DNA of 64,000 nucleotides, from positions 1 to 64,000 of IMG/VR virus record IMGVR_UViG_3300010885_061525; one strand, given 5' to 3'. This document shows positions 30,126 to 38,555 of the stretch, piece by piece. Every line of letters begins with the position of its first letter. Position 1 is the stretch's first letter. The DNA comes from a virus. The translations under genes were made by a program, and so were the position numbers. The notes under the pieces were generated by a model that saw nothing but the letters and a program-made list of their open reading frames with translations, did not search any database and was not told the origin of the DNA.

Positions 30126-30160
30126 AATAAAGCGCACCCATTCTCGGGTGCGCTTTATTT
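30126..30160. terminator. Bidirectional intrinsic terminator
   Basis: AATAAAGCGCACCC-ATTCTC-GGGTGCGCTTTATT. Confidence 0.85.
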
Positions 30161-30181
30161 ATAAGTGTATTTATTCGTAAG

Positions 30182-31246
30182 ATGCCTAATCATCAAAACG
30201 ATAAAATTTTATTTGTTGTAAAAGAAAGACAAGTGTACGGAGGGACCGCTAAAGCATATGGTCTACTTAACTCTTGTAAATTTGTCGCTGAGACGCTCTC
30301 AAGAAAAGGCATTCCTTCTGAAGTAGTGTCAGTTTTAGACAACAATTTCATCGATGCCGAGGTTGCTAGATTTAAGCCTAAGTTCTGCTTTATAGAAGCT
30401 GTATGGGTGGTCCCTTCTAAATTTGAAGTTTTGGCCGAATTGCATCCAAATGTAAATTGGATAGTTAGAATACATTCAATGATCCCATTCTTAGCTGCTG
30501 AAAGTTTCGCTTTTGAATGGCTAAATGACTACATAGAGTTACGTAAAAAAGGTATAAAAATATCTTTAAGCTGTAATAACAAAAGACTTTATAATGACAT
30601 TCAGCCGATTTTTAACTATGTCTCATATACTCCAAATATATATATCGAAGACACGGAACCATCAAATCTAACATTTGATTTTAGTGCTAAAGACACTATT
30701 AACATAGGTTGTTTTGGAGCATTAAGACCGTTGAAAAATACGGTAAAACAAGCTATTTTAGCGATTAAATTTGCAAATGAAATAAATAAGCATCTTAAAT
30801 TTCACATAAACATATCTGAATACGAGCAAGCCTTAGCTGGACCCACCTTAAAAAACTTGAGAGAAGTGTTTTCAAACATATCCGCAGAGCTTGTAGAGCA
30901 CCCTTGGTACGATCACAATGATTTTCTTAAACTAGTTGGGGCTATGGATATAGGCATGCAGTTATCACTAAGTGAAACATTTAATATAACTGCGGCAGAC
31001 TTTGTTAGTCAAGGAATTCCTATCGTAGTTTCCAAGGAAATTGAATTTATTGATGATCGTTGTAGAGTTGACGTTCATAGTGATAAAGAAGCAATTAAGG
31101 CTCTTCGCTACGCCTACTATAAATCATTCGACGATGGAAGAGTTTATCATCAAAGAAGAAATATAGCTGAAGATAATAGAGAAAAACTGCAATACCATAA
31201 CCATGAAGCAACTCATGCCTGGATCACTTTTATGCAAAATTCTTAA
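30182..31246 (+). CDS. GT-B (GT4-like) glycosyltransferase
   Basis: IGCFGALRPLKN, QLSLSETFNITAAD...GIPIVVS; GTGTAT at 30165-30170. Confidence 0.75.
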   Translation: MPNHQNDKILFVVKERQVYGGTAKAYGLLNSCKFVAETLSRKGIPSEVVSVLDNNFIDAEVARFKPKFCFIEAVWVVPSKFEVLAELHPNVNWIVRIHSMIPFLAAESFAFEWLNDYIELRKKGIKISLSCNNKRLYNDIQPIFNYVSYTPNIYIEDTEPSNLTFDFSAKDTINIGCFGALRPLKNTVKQAILAIKFANEINKHLKFHINISEYEQALAGPTLKNLREVFSNISAELVEHPWYDHNDFLKLVGAMDIGMQLSLSETFNITAADFVSQGIPIVVSKEIEFIDDRCRVDVHSDKEAIKALRYAYYKSFDDGRVYHQRRNIAEDNREKLQYHNHEATHAWITFMQNS

Positions 31247-31600
31247 TTATTTCAGTTTTTGAAGTAAATCTATATCAAACTGTTTATTTCTAAATTTTCC
31301 ATTAACAATGGCGTAAATAAAGCTCTCTACTCGATGATATCCCCACTCATCAGGAGCGTCTTCAGATGCAGCTCTTGAGGATGAATTAGTTTTATGAGCG
31401 GCTACTCCTCTTCTAAAAACTTTCATTAATATTTTATATGTTATTTTTTTTGAAGACTCAAGTCCAAAAGTTGAATTATGCGCTTCGGCAATAGCCTTCA
31501 AGTTCTCAATTGCGTCAGCTGATATTTTTTCTGCCGATGCGAAAAAGACTATATCTAAAAAACTCAAGTTTAATTCAGCTTCCGGTATCAACTTTTTCAT
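31247..31600 (-). CDS. Conserved small viral domain protein (VFRRGxAA...WxxxRVxSF)
   Basis: Motif recalled from phage/NCLDV proteins of unknown function. Confidence 0.6.
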   Translation of the reverse strand: MKKLIPEAELNLSFLDIVFFASAEKISADAIENLKAIAEAHNSTFGLESSKKITYKILMKVFRRGVAAHKTNSSSRAASEDAPDEWGYHRVESFIYAIVNGKFRNKQFDIDLLQKLK

Positions 31601-31844
31601 TTGAGCTATCCATTTTTTTTAAACTGTCACTATTATCTTTTTTAATAAACTCGCTATACGACCACATCATCCCAATAAAAGCTATCGGAACATACCAAAA
31701 TAACCAACCCCAGCCCGCTTCTTTTATGACCAAGTTAGATGAAGCATACACACCAGGCTGTTCAATTGGTTTTTTATATATGATCTCAGGAGTTCCTGAG
31801 CATCCAAATAACATTAACATTAAACATATTCTTATTTTTTTCAT
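31575..31844 (-). CDS. Lipoprotein with C-terminal TM helix (spanin-like topology)
   Basis: Lipobox LFGC; TM WGWLFWYVPIAFIGMMW. Confidence 0.55.
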   Translation of the reverse strand: MKKIRICLMLMLFGCSGTPEIIYKKPIEQPGVYASSNLVIKEAGWGWLFWYVPIAFIGMMWSYSEFIKKDNSDSLKKMDSSNEKVDTGS

Positions 31845-32272
31845 GACTTATTGGCCGCAGCGGCGCTCCCAAAGTAAAAGCCCACAATGCTCAATAAAAC
31901 CTGTCTATATTCAGCTGCGTATAGGTATCCGCTAACTTCAACAAAAAACGTCTTACTCACTGATGGTATAATACCCATGTCAGGAGTTTGAGTTTGAACC
32001 TCTACGAACGTTGAAATTCCAAAAAATGGAAGTATAAAAGGGGCAGCTAGTGTAGAGAATAAGACTACTATTACGATAAGCCTTCTAACGCCTTTTCCTA
32101 TATCAATAGGAACTCTTTTAGCGGCACTGTCTAAAGCCTTCTCTTTTTGCTCATTTAAGGCGACGAGCCGTTCAAACATGACTTTATCGTTATCTCTTTT
32201 TTCGGCTAAGTATCTGAATATAAATCCAGTAATACTTCCGCCTAACATAGAGAGTAGTTCTAACGGTATCAT
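31841..32272 (-). CDS. Holin-like membrane protein
   Basis: Three hydrophobic segments; terminal IVGFYFGS. Confidence 0.55.
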   Translation of the reverse strand: MIPLELLSMLGGSITGFIFRYLAEKRDNDKVMFERLVALNEQKEKALDSAAKRVPIDIGKGVRRLIVIVVLFSTLAAPFILPFFGISTFVEVQTQTPDMGIIPSVSKTFFVEVSGYLYAAEYRQVLLSIVGFYFGSAAAANKS

Positions 32273-32601
32273 GTTTGATTATTTATATATTCTATAAATT
32301 TCCTGTGAATTGTTGATGATGTGTAATCGGTTACACTCTTACCGCCCTCCCACATCTTACAAGACCAATATCTAGCCTTCCATTTTGGCCCAACGTTATC
32401 ATCGCAACTATGTCTAGCTCTGAAATTCTTTCTTCTAGCGGGGTTGTCTCTTTTGATCTCCATATTAGGATCTCCAAAAGTAACGCGAACAACGTTTCCT
32501 CTATCGTTTTTAACGTATACAGCAAATTTCTTTTTGCCGTAACCCGGCTCGCCTTTACCGATTCTTCTTGGCTTATTTAATGTTACATTCTTCTTATCCA
32601 T
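32269..32601 (-). CDS. Conserved basic phage protein (KKFAVYV...FGDPNM...FRARHSC...ARYWSC)
   Basis: Recognisable widespread viral domain; likely start ATG 32601. Confidence 0.7.
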   Translation of the reverse strand: MDKKNVTLNKPRRIGKGEPGYGKKKFAVYVKNDRGNVVRVTFGDPNMEIKRDNPARRKNFRARHSCDDNVGPKWKARYWSCKMWEGGKSVTDYTSSTIHRKFIEYINNQT

Positions 32602-32632
32602 TTTATTTACCCTTTGCGCTCCGTTATACCAA

Positions 32633-33187
32633 CTATAAAGTACGCCGCACAACTTCCCAAGCTACTCGGGGAAAAGCTCCTAAAGGATCGAAAATATTCG
32701 CGGCAGGTGGATTTATTAAAGGAGGTTTGGGTGCTAGCGTAACACATTTACCGATACAATCCATCATTTTTTGGGTGCCGCTTTGGTATCCTAGATTAGA
32801 ACAGTGAATCCAGCATTCCGCATAATTTGCAGATGCCCAAAAATTTGGACAATTGAGTGCCGCAGTTGCCACTGTATCTATCCCGCTAACATCCGAGCCT
32901 CTACTTAATCCCAAGTGGCGAAAACAGTAAGTTGTTATCCACTTGAGATGTGCATCCCACCCATCCCTACTAGTTACCAAATCAGTAGCCTGATCCAAAA
33001 GATCGTGAATACAGTTACAATATTTTCGAGTCCTTTCTTGTCGAGTTGTCCCTGAGGGAGTTATTTGGAAGTCCATGTCATCATTTATTTCATAATTCGG
33101 GTGGGTGGGCGGTGTTTTTTGTTGGACCGAAGCTCGATCAGCTCCGCTAATTTTATTAAGTACTCTTTTTAAATTATCATTATTCAT
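32633..33187 (-). CDS. Leader-bearing 8-Cys protein, copy 1
   Basis: MNNDNLKRVLNKISGADRASVQQKTPP; start ATG 33187. Confidence 0.8.
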   Translation of the reverse strand: MNNDNLKRVLNKISGADRASVQQKTPPTHPNYEINDDMDFQITPSGTTRQERTRKYCNCIHDLLDQATDLVTSRDGWDAHLKWITTYCFRHLGLSRGSDVSGIDTVATAALNCPNFWASANYAECWIHCSNLGYQSGTQKMMDCIGKCVTLAPKPPLINPPAANIFDPLGAFPRVAWEVVRRTL

Positions 33188-33218
33188 TTTATTTACCATT
33201 TGTACTCTGTTTCCCTAA

Positions 33219-33758
33219 CTATAAAAAACGCCGTTGAAGATGCCAAAGTATTCGGGGATAATCGCTTAAAGGATCGAAACCATTCGTGGGGGGTACATAG
33301 TATGGAGGTAAGGGTCCTAGCTCAACACATTTACCGACACATTTTGTAAATTTTGAGCTTGATCTTATGTATCCTAGATTTTCACAGTGAATCTCGCATT
33401 CCACATAAGTTTCCATCGACCGAAACCATGAACAAACGTGTCTCGCAGCTGCCACTGTATCTATCCCGTTGTATACAACATCATATCCGGGACGAAATAG
33501 GTGGGGAATACAGGAAGTTGTTATCGACTTTAGCTGTGCATCCCACCCCTCTGTCGTAGCAGTAGCATTATTCATAAGACCGTAAAGACAGTCACAAAAT
33601 TTTTCAATTCTTTGTTTTTCAGTTGGAATCTCTGTGGGAGTTATTTGGAAGTCCATGTCATCATTTTGTTCATATCCAGGTGGTGTTTTTTGTTGGACCG
33701 AAGCTCGATCAGCTCCGCTAATTTTATTGAGAACTCTTTTTAAATTATCATTATTCAT
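33219..33758 (-). CDS. Leader-bearing 8-Cys protein, copy 2
   Basis: Identical 27-aa leader; same Cys frame. Confidence 0.8.
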   Translation of the reverse strand: MNNDNLKRVLNKISGADRASVQQKTPPGYEQNDDMDFQITPTEIPTEKQRIEKFCDCLYGLMNNATATTEGWDAQLKSITTSCIPHLFRPGYDVVYNGIDTVAAARHVCSWFRSMETYVECEIHCENLGYIRSSSKFTKCVGKCVELGPLPPYYVPPTNGFDPLSDYPRILWHLQRRFL

Positions 33759-33795
33759 TTAGCGTTCCTTTACGCCATCTCTGATAGTACCATTA

Positions 33796-34176
33796 TCAAG
33801 CATGGTAGGGCAATGGGTGTTCAAGACATCCTCTAACACATGTGTTGAGGTCCGGATTGGTTGTGAATCCTCTGTTAATACATCTAAGCCTGCACTGTGC
33901 CAAACGAAGCGTATAATCAAGATTTGGGCATTTTAATTTAGCAAAAGCTAAGGAGTCTACAGTTTCTGGCGCGGAATAGTTATTGGTTTTTAAACATTCA
34001 CTTGTTATCTGCCTGACAACTTTTTCGTCTCTCAGAGTTTCCAAATCTTGACTTAGGAAATTTTTACGTATCTTACTTATACCCACGTACACACAGTCGC
34101 AATAGTTTGAAATTTGAAAAGTTGACTGATCGATGCCGCTAATTTTATTGAGTATTCTTTTTAAATTATTATTCAT
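33796..34176 (-). CDS. Leader-bearing 8-Cys protein, copy 3 (divergent)
   Basis: MNNNLKRILNKISGID; same Cys frame; start ATG 34176. Confidence 0.75.
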   Translation of the reverse strand: MNNNLKRILNKISGIDQSTFQISNYCDCVYVGISKIRKNFLSQDLETLRDEKVVRQITSECLKTNNYSAPETVDSLAFAKLKCPNLDYTLRLAQCRLRCINRGFTTNPDLNTCVRGCLEHPLPYHA

Positions 34177-34435
34177 TTTTAGATCCAAGTGAAAGTTGAT
34201 CTTCTGTCTTGCTTAGGACGTCTCCAGGACTAAACGTAGCCCCATTGTTTGCGACCTTATAATGTATTACGTATCCAGAGTTATTACCTAACTCCTCAAT
34301 CCTCACCACCTCTCCCATACTTCCGTAATGTATACATTTTTTATTAGTGTTAACCACTATATCCCCAATCCTAAAGCCCTTATAGCTAGAGATTGTGTAT
34401 CTGAGGAGTTTATTTATCGCTTCTTTTAAGGACAT
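34169..34435 (-). CDS. Leader-bearing SH3/KOW-like small phage protein
   Basis: Start ATG 34435 MSLKEAINKLL; FRIGDIVVNTNKKCIHYGSMGEV. Confidence 0.65.
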   Translation of the reverse strand: MSLKEAINKLLRYTISSYKGFRIGDIVVNTNKKCIHYGSMGEVVRIEELGNNSGYVIHYKVANNGATFSPGDVLSKTEDQLSLGSKNE

Positions 34436-34450
34436 TTTACAAATCCACAA

Positions 34451-34460
34451 GTGTATACAC
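34451..34460. promoter_or_regulatory. Palindromic GTGTATACAC between divergent genes
   Basis: Reads GTGTAT on both strands between ATG 34435(-) and ATG 34465(+). Confidence 0.6.
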
Positions 34461-34464
34461 ATAT

Positions 34465-35076
34465 ATGTTGAGTTCAAGGAGCGCCAAACGTTTTTTGAAG
34501 CACGTAAGACAGACATGCAAAAAACATGGAGTCAGTTTTAAAATCGGTAGAGGAAAACTCATACGAATGCGTCCGTATGGTTTTATGGTGGCAGGATATT
34601 TTGATGAAGATGAAAAAGTTCTAGTCTGCTCAAAAGGAACTTCCCAAGAAAGCTTTCTTTCCATCTTGGTCCATGAATTTGCCCACCTTCTTCAGTGGAT
34701 AGAAAATGAAAAAACTTACTGCTTGTGCAGCCATGTGAAATATGGTAATGTTCAAAACGCTATATGTATGTGGATAAGTAATGAACTTACCATAAAGGAT
34801 AGCTTAGTAAGATCTTACACTAAGAAAATGATAGCCTGCGAACTGAACGCGGAAAGAAGAGCTGTCAAGCTTATAAAGCAGTTCAACCTTCCCATAAATC
34901 TAGATGAATACTCGTCCTCAGCCTCCGCTGGCTTATTTACTCATTTAATGACGGCTAAGACTAAGCAGTGGGATTTTAAAATAGGAATAAAGCAAAAAAT
35001 GGCGAGTGGTACATCCTTGAGAAGATCATTTAAAACTTTGCCAAAGAGTGTAGAAACAACATTCTCCGAAGCCTAA
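34465..35076 (+). CDS. HEXXH zinc metallopeptidase-like protein
   Basis: AGYF...ILVHEFAHLLQW...ELNAERRA. Confidence 0.75.
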   Translation: MLSSRSAKRFLKHVRQTCKKHGVSFKIGRGKLIRMRPYGFMVAGYFDEDEKVLVCSKGTSQESFLSILVHEFAHLLQWIENEKTYCLCSHVKYGNVQNAICMWISNELTIKDSLVRSYTKKMIACELNAERRAVKLIKQFNLPINLDEYSSSASAGLFTHLMTAKTKQWDFKIGIKQKMASGTSLRRSFKTLPKSVETTFSEA

Positions 35077-35084
35077 AATAACCC

Positions 35085-35741
35085 GTGCCAAACAATAGAA
35101 ATTTCGTTGTATTCGATATAGAAACATCGGGTTTAGATCCAAATAAAGGTGCTGAAATTGTTCAAATAGCAGCGGTGGCGTTAAGATACTCAGATTATTC
35201 TGAAATCGAAGGAAGTGAATTCAATTTACTTCTAAAGCCTCAAAAACCCGAATTGGCCAGCAAAGAAGCTTTGACTGTAATAGGCGATAGTCTTTGGAAA
35301 GACTCTTGTGAAAAAGGACTTCATCCAAAAGTTGGAATAAGAAAATTCAAAGAGTATTTAGAGTCATTCAATCCCACAAAGAAATTTTGGACGGCCCCTA
35401 TTCTTGTAGGCTTTAACATTGTTAATTTTGACACACCTTTTATTAAGCACCAAATGGCCGCTTATAAAATAAGCTCTGGCGACGACGATTTTCCTTGGTC
35501 CAATATGCAGATAGATATGCTTCCATTGATGTTTTCCATCTTTGGAAGAGATGGACTTAAGAACAATAAAATGGATACATATGCGGGACTGTTAGGGCTG
35601 GCAAGAGCCTCAGAAAATCATGACGCTAAAGAGGATATAGATATAACAAAACAGATGTTCCAAAGATATATGAACTTTATGAATTTTAAGATCAGACCAA
35701 AGATAAAGACGAAAGAGAAAAATGAACAAGTTGCCGTTTAA
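35085..35741 (+). CDS. dnaQ: DEDDh 3'-5' exonuclease (Pol III epsilon-like)
   Basis: VFDIETSG, GFNIVNFD, HDAKED. Confidence 0.88.
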   Translation: MPNNRNFVVFDIETSGLDPNKGAEIVQIAAVALRYSDYSEIEGSEFNLLLKPQKPELASKEALTVIGDSLWKDSCEKGLHPKVGIRKFKEYLESFNPTKKFWTAPILVGFNIVNFDTPFIKHQMAAYKISSGDDDFPWSNMQIDMLPLMFSIFGRDGLKNNKMDTYAGLLGLARASENHDAKEDIDITKQMFQRYMNFMNFKIRPKIKTKEKNEQVAV

Positions 35742-35815
35742 AACCAATCCCCAATGCTTGAATGATTTATTAGACGAGTTTGGATTAACAATGAATTATG
35801 AAGCTGGAAAAATAA

Positions 35816-36355
35816 ATGAATAATTTTAAATATGCTTACGAAAGAATAGTAAACAAAACAGAGGCTTTCGATAACACTGATAGAGATTTAATATTTTCTA
35901 AAGTTTTATCGTTATTTAACGGAGGTTCTGTAGATATTTTTCAGGTTGGAGCGATAGAAACCTTTGATGAGAGATGGAGATATGGATCAGGATGGTCCGA
36001 TATAATCTTTGGCAATTATATAAAAAATAATGGAGGATCTCTAACCATTTGCGACATTCATTTAGATAATATAGCAAATAGTTATTTCGCGGCATCTCAT
36101 ATGGGTTATAAAATTAACTTTGAGTTAGCAGACGCAGGAGAAATAATCTCAGGAAAAGACTACGATATCTACTACCTAGACGGTGGTAACGATCCTAATG
36201 AAACCGAAAAGCAATTTAATAGTATTACAGCAAAAAAATGCGCGGTAATTATTGACGATCTTTTAATCAAAGGAGTTACTCTGATGGATAACATTGATTT
36301 TAATCATAAATACAAAGTAGCCAATGGAGTAGGCTTAATTCTTAAGGGTTTTTAA
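35816..36355 (+). CDS. SAM-dependent methyltransferase-like protein
   Basis: IFQVGA, YDIYYLDGG, VIIDD. Confidence 0.6.
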   Translation: MNNFKYAYERIVNKTEAFDNTDRDLIFSKVLSLFNGGSVDIFQVGAIETFDERWRYGSGWSDIIFGNYIKNNGGSLTICDIHLDNIANSYFAASHMGYKINFELADAGEIISGKDYDIYYLDGGNDPNETEKQFNSITAKKCAVIIDDLLIKGVTLMDNIDFNHKYKVANGVGLILKGF

Positions 36356-36379
36356 AATATTTTTTAAGAAACACAAAAT

Positions 36380-37900
36380 ATGAAGTTTGACGCATCAGAT
36401 ATATCCCTTAAAAATGATAAGACTTGGCGCTTAATCCAAAACGGCTATACTGTTGGAGTGTTCCAGCTCGAAAGCGATCTAGGTAAAAAATGGGCTGCAA
36501 CAATAAAGCCTACTAATATAAATGAACTTAGCGCCGTAATATCTCTTATTAGGCCAGCCTGTCTTGAAGCAGGTATGACTGAGATATACTCTAAAGTTAA
36601 AAACGGATTAGCTGAAAAGCCAGATTATAATGATGAGGCTGTTAATAACATATTATCTCCCACAATGGGGGTTTTGATATATCAAGAACAGTTGATGAAA
36701 TTTGGTGGGGAAATAGCATGGGGAGATATGCCGTATTTAGATAGACTTGTTATTGTTGATAAGTTAAGAAAAGGCATTGGTAAAAAAGATCAGAAAATAA
36801 TTATTGATCTTAAAGATAAATTCATTAATGGGTGTCTCAGAAATGGTCGATCTAAGGAAATAGCCGAACGGTTATTTGCCCTAATTGAAGGAGCTGGAAG
36901 ATACGCCTTTAATGACGCTCACGCTAAAAAATACGCTCTTTGGTCATACAAGACGGCGTATTTAAAAGCCAATTTCCCACTCGAGTTTTATTGCGTATAT
37001 CTTACATATAGCAAGGGTAAGCAAAAGCCTCGTGAAGAGATACAAGATCTCATCAACGAAGGAAGAATGCTTGAAATAGATATCCTTGCCCCTTCTATCG
37101 AAAAGTCACAGTCCGACTTTAGCATACAAAATAATAAAATCGTGTTTGGTCTATCGCATATAAAGCAAGTTGGAGATTCCGATTCTGCCGTAATTATGAA
37201 GTACCGACCGAGTAAGTTCACTGATTTTATCAGACTTCATTTTAATACAGAGGGGGAAAAGCTAAGATCTCTTGCGGTAGAAAGCCTAATAGGCTGCGGG
37301 GCTTGTGATGCTTATGGATTGTCTAGAGCCGCAATGATGAGCGTTTATCTAATGCTCAAAGAATTGACCCCTAAAGAAATAGAATTTATATTTGCAAACA
37401 CTCCAAGCGGAGCAGACACAAAAGAATTGATAGATGTCGTTTATAGGTGCGCTAATGAAAAGTCAATCAAAAAACGCAAAGATATAGTATCTTCCGAAGC
37501 TTCTTCAATAAATCTTTTGATAGACGATTCAATAATAATCAAAAGCTCATCAGAAAAAGATCTTATGGGTTTCTCCTTTAGCTACGATCATAACGTAAAT
37601 ACTGAAGACAATTGGTCTTGCAAAGAATGTTTTAACAGAGCAAAAAACAACAGAAATTTAACCGCTGTGTTTACAGCCAAAATAGATAAGATTAAAAAAA
37701 CAATCACTAAGAAAGGAAAAAACCCAGGTCAGGAAATGTGTCAAATTTCAATATCAGATAACACTGGATCTATAAGTGTTGTTTGTTTTCCTGAACAGTA
37801 TGGCAAGCATAAAAAGGAATTATACGAAGGATCTTATTGTACACTCAAGCTAAAAGGAGCCGGTTTCGGTTGGTCGATAGAAACGATCAAAATCAATTAA
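36380..37900 (+). CDS. dnaE: DNA polymerase III alpha, C-terminal half (fingers, HhH, OB)
   Basis: GVFQLES, SLIRP, GVLIYQEQ, LRKGIGKK, YAFNDAHA, AYLKANFP, FGLSHIKQVG, ISDNTG. Confidence 0.92.
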   Translation: MKFDASDISLKNDKTWRLIQNGYTVGVFQLESDLGKKWAATIKPTNINELSAVISLIRPACLEAGMTEIYSKVKNGLAEKPDYNDEAVNNILSPTMGVLIYQEQLMKFGGEIAWGDMPYLDRLVIVDKLRKGIGKKDQKIIIDLKDKFINGCLRNGRSKEIAERLFALIEGAGRYAFNDAHAKKYALWSYKTAYLKANFPLEFYCVYLTYSKGKQKPREEIQDLINEGRMLEIDILAPSIEKSQSDFSIQNNKIVFGLSHIKQVGDSDSAVIMKYRPSKFTDFIRLHFNTEGEKLRSLAVESLIGCGACDAYGLSRAAMMSVYLMLKELTPKEIEFIFANTPSGADTKELIDVVYRCANEKSIKKRKDIVSSEASSINLLIDDSIIIKSSSEKDLMGFSFSYDHNVNTEDNWSCKECFNRAKNNRNLTAVFTAKIDKIKKTITKKGKNPGQEMCQISISDNTGSISVVCFPEQYGKHKKELYEGSYCTLKLKGAGFGWSIETIKIN

Positions 37901-37941
37901 AACCAAACGGGCGAAAGACTATAATTAATCACGAGATAAAC

Positions 37942-38361
37942 ATGGCAAATTTTAATAAAGTTATCGTTGCAGGAAATCTAGTTTCAGATCCAGAAGTTAA
38001 AACTATTGGAGACTCAAGCGTTGTGCGTTTTAGGATTGCTATCAATCGTAAATTCACAACAAAATCTGGAGAGAAGAAGGAGGAGAGTACTTATATTGAC
38101 GCTGAAATGTGGGGACCACGAGCGGATGTAATATCTAAGTATGTCAAAAAGGGAGATCCTATCCTAATGGAGGGTCGTCTCAAACAAGAAAATTGGGAAA
38201 CTAAAGACGGTGAAAAGCGTAGTAAAATTCTTGTAGCAATTGATGATTTTGAATTTATGAATGGAAAAAAGGATAGTGATGAAAAAGCCTCTGCTGATTC
38301 AAAGCCTTACGTTAAAACGAAGCCTAAACAAGAAGTGTCATTACAAGATATTCCATTCTAA
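37942..38361 (+). CDS. ssb: Single-stranded DNA-binding protein
   Basis: NKVIVAGNLVSDPE, EGRLKQENW, C-terminal DIPF; start ATG 37942. Confidence 0.95.
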   Translation: MANFNKVIVAGNLVSDPEVKTIGDSSVVRFRIAINRKFTTKSGEKKEESTYIDAEMWGPRADVISKYVKKGDPILMEGRLKQENWETKDGEKRSKILVAIDDFEFMNGKKDSDEKASADSKPYVKTKPKQEVSLQDIPF

Positions 38362-38555
38362 TGTCTAATAAATACTTAACAGAATTTCTCTCATTCTTAG
38401 ATAAGGAGGGGCTTTTAAAAAGGCCCCTCTCTTTTAATGAGATAATCGATAAATTTCAAAACAAAGCTACTGCTAGCACAAACATAAAGGCGCCAACAGG
38501 ATATGCAGGATTCACAACAGGAAAATCGGAAAAAAAGAGTACTTCTGGTAACTGA
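38361..38555 (+). CDS. Small hypothetical protein
   Basis: TAATG-coupled to ssb. Confidence 0.45.
   Translation: MSNKYLTEFLSFLDKEGLLKRPLSFNEIIDKFQNKATASTNIKAPTGYAGFTTGKSEKKSTSGN
38406..38435 (+). terminator. Probable intragenic terminator after ssb
   Basis: GAGGGGC...GCCCCTC hairpin followed by TCTTTT. Confidence 0.5.

Noticed and set aside
32633-34176. Diversity-generating retroelement or classical RiPP cluster
   Set aside because: No reverse transcriptase, no evident adenine-specific variation, no modifying enzymes, C39 transporter or double-Gly motif in the window
29040-36420. Split intein or intron joining the dnaE halves
   Set aside because: No intein terminal motifs or extra residues and no recognisable intron core; the gap is filled with ordinary genes on both strands
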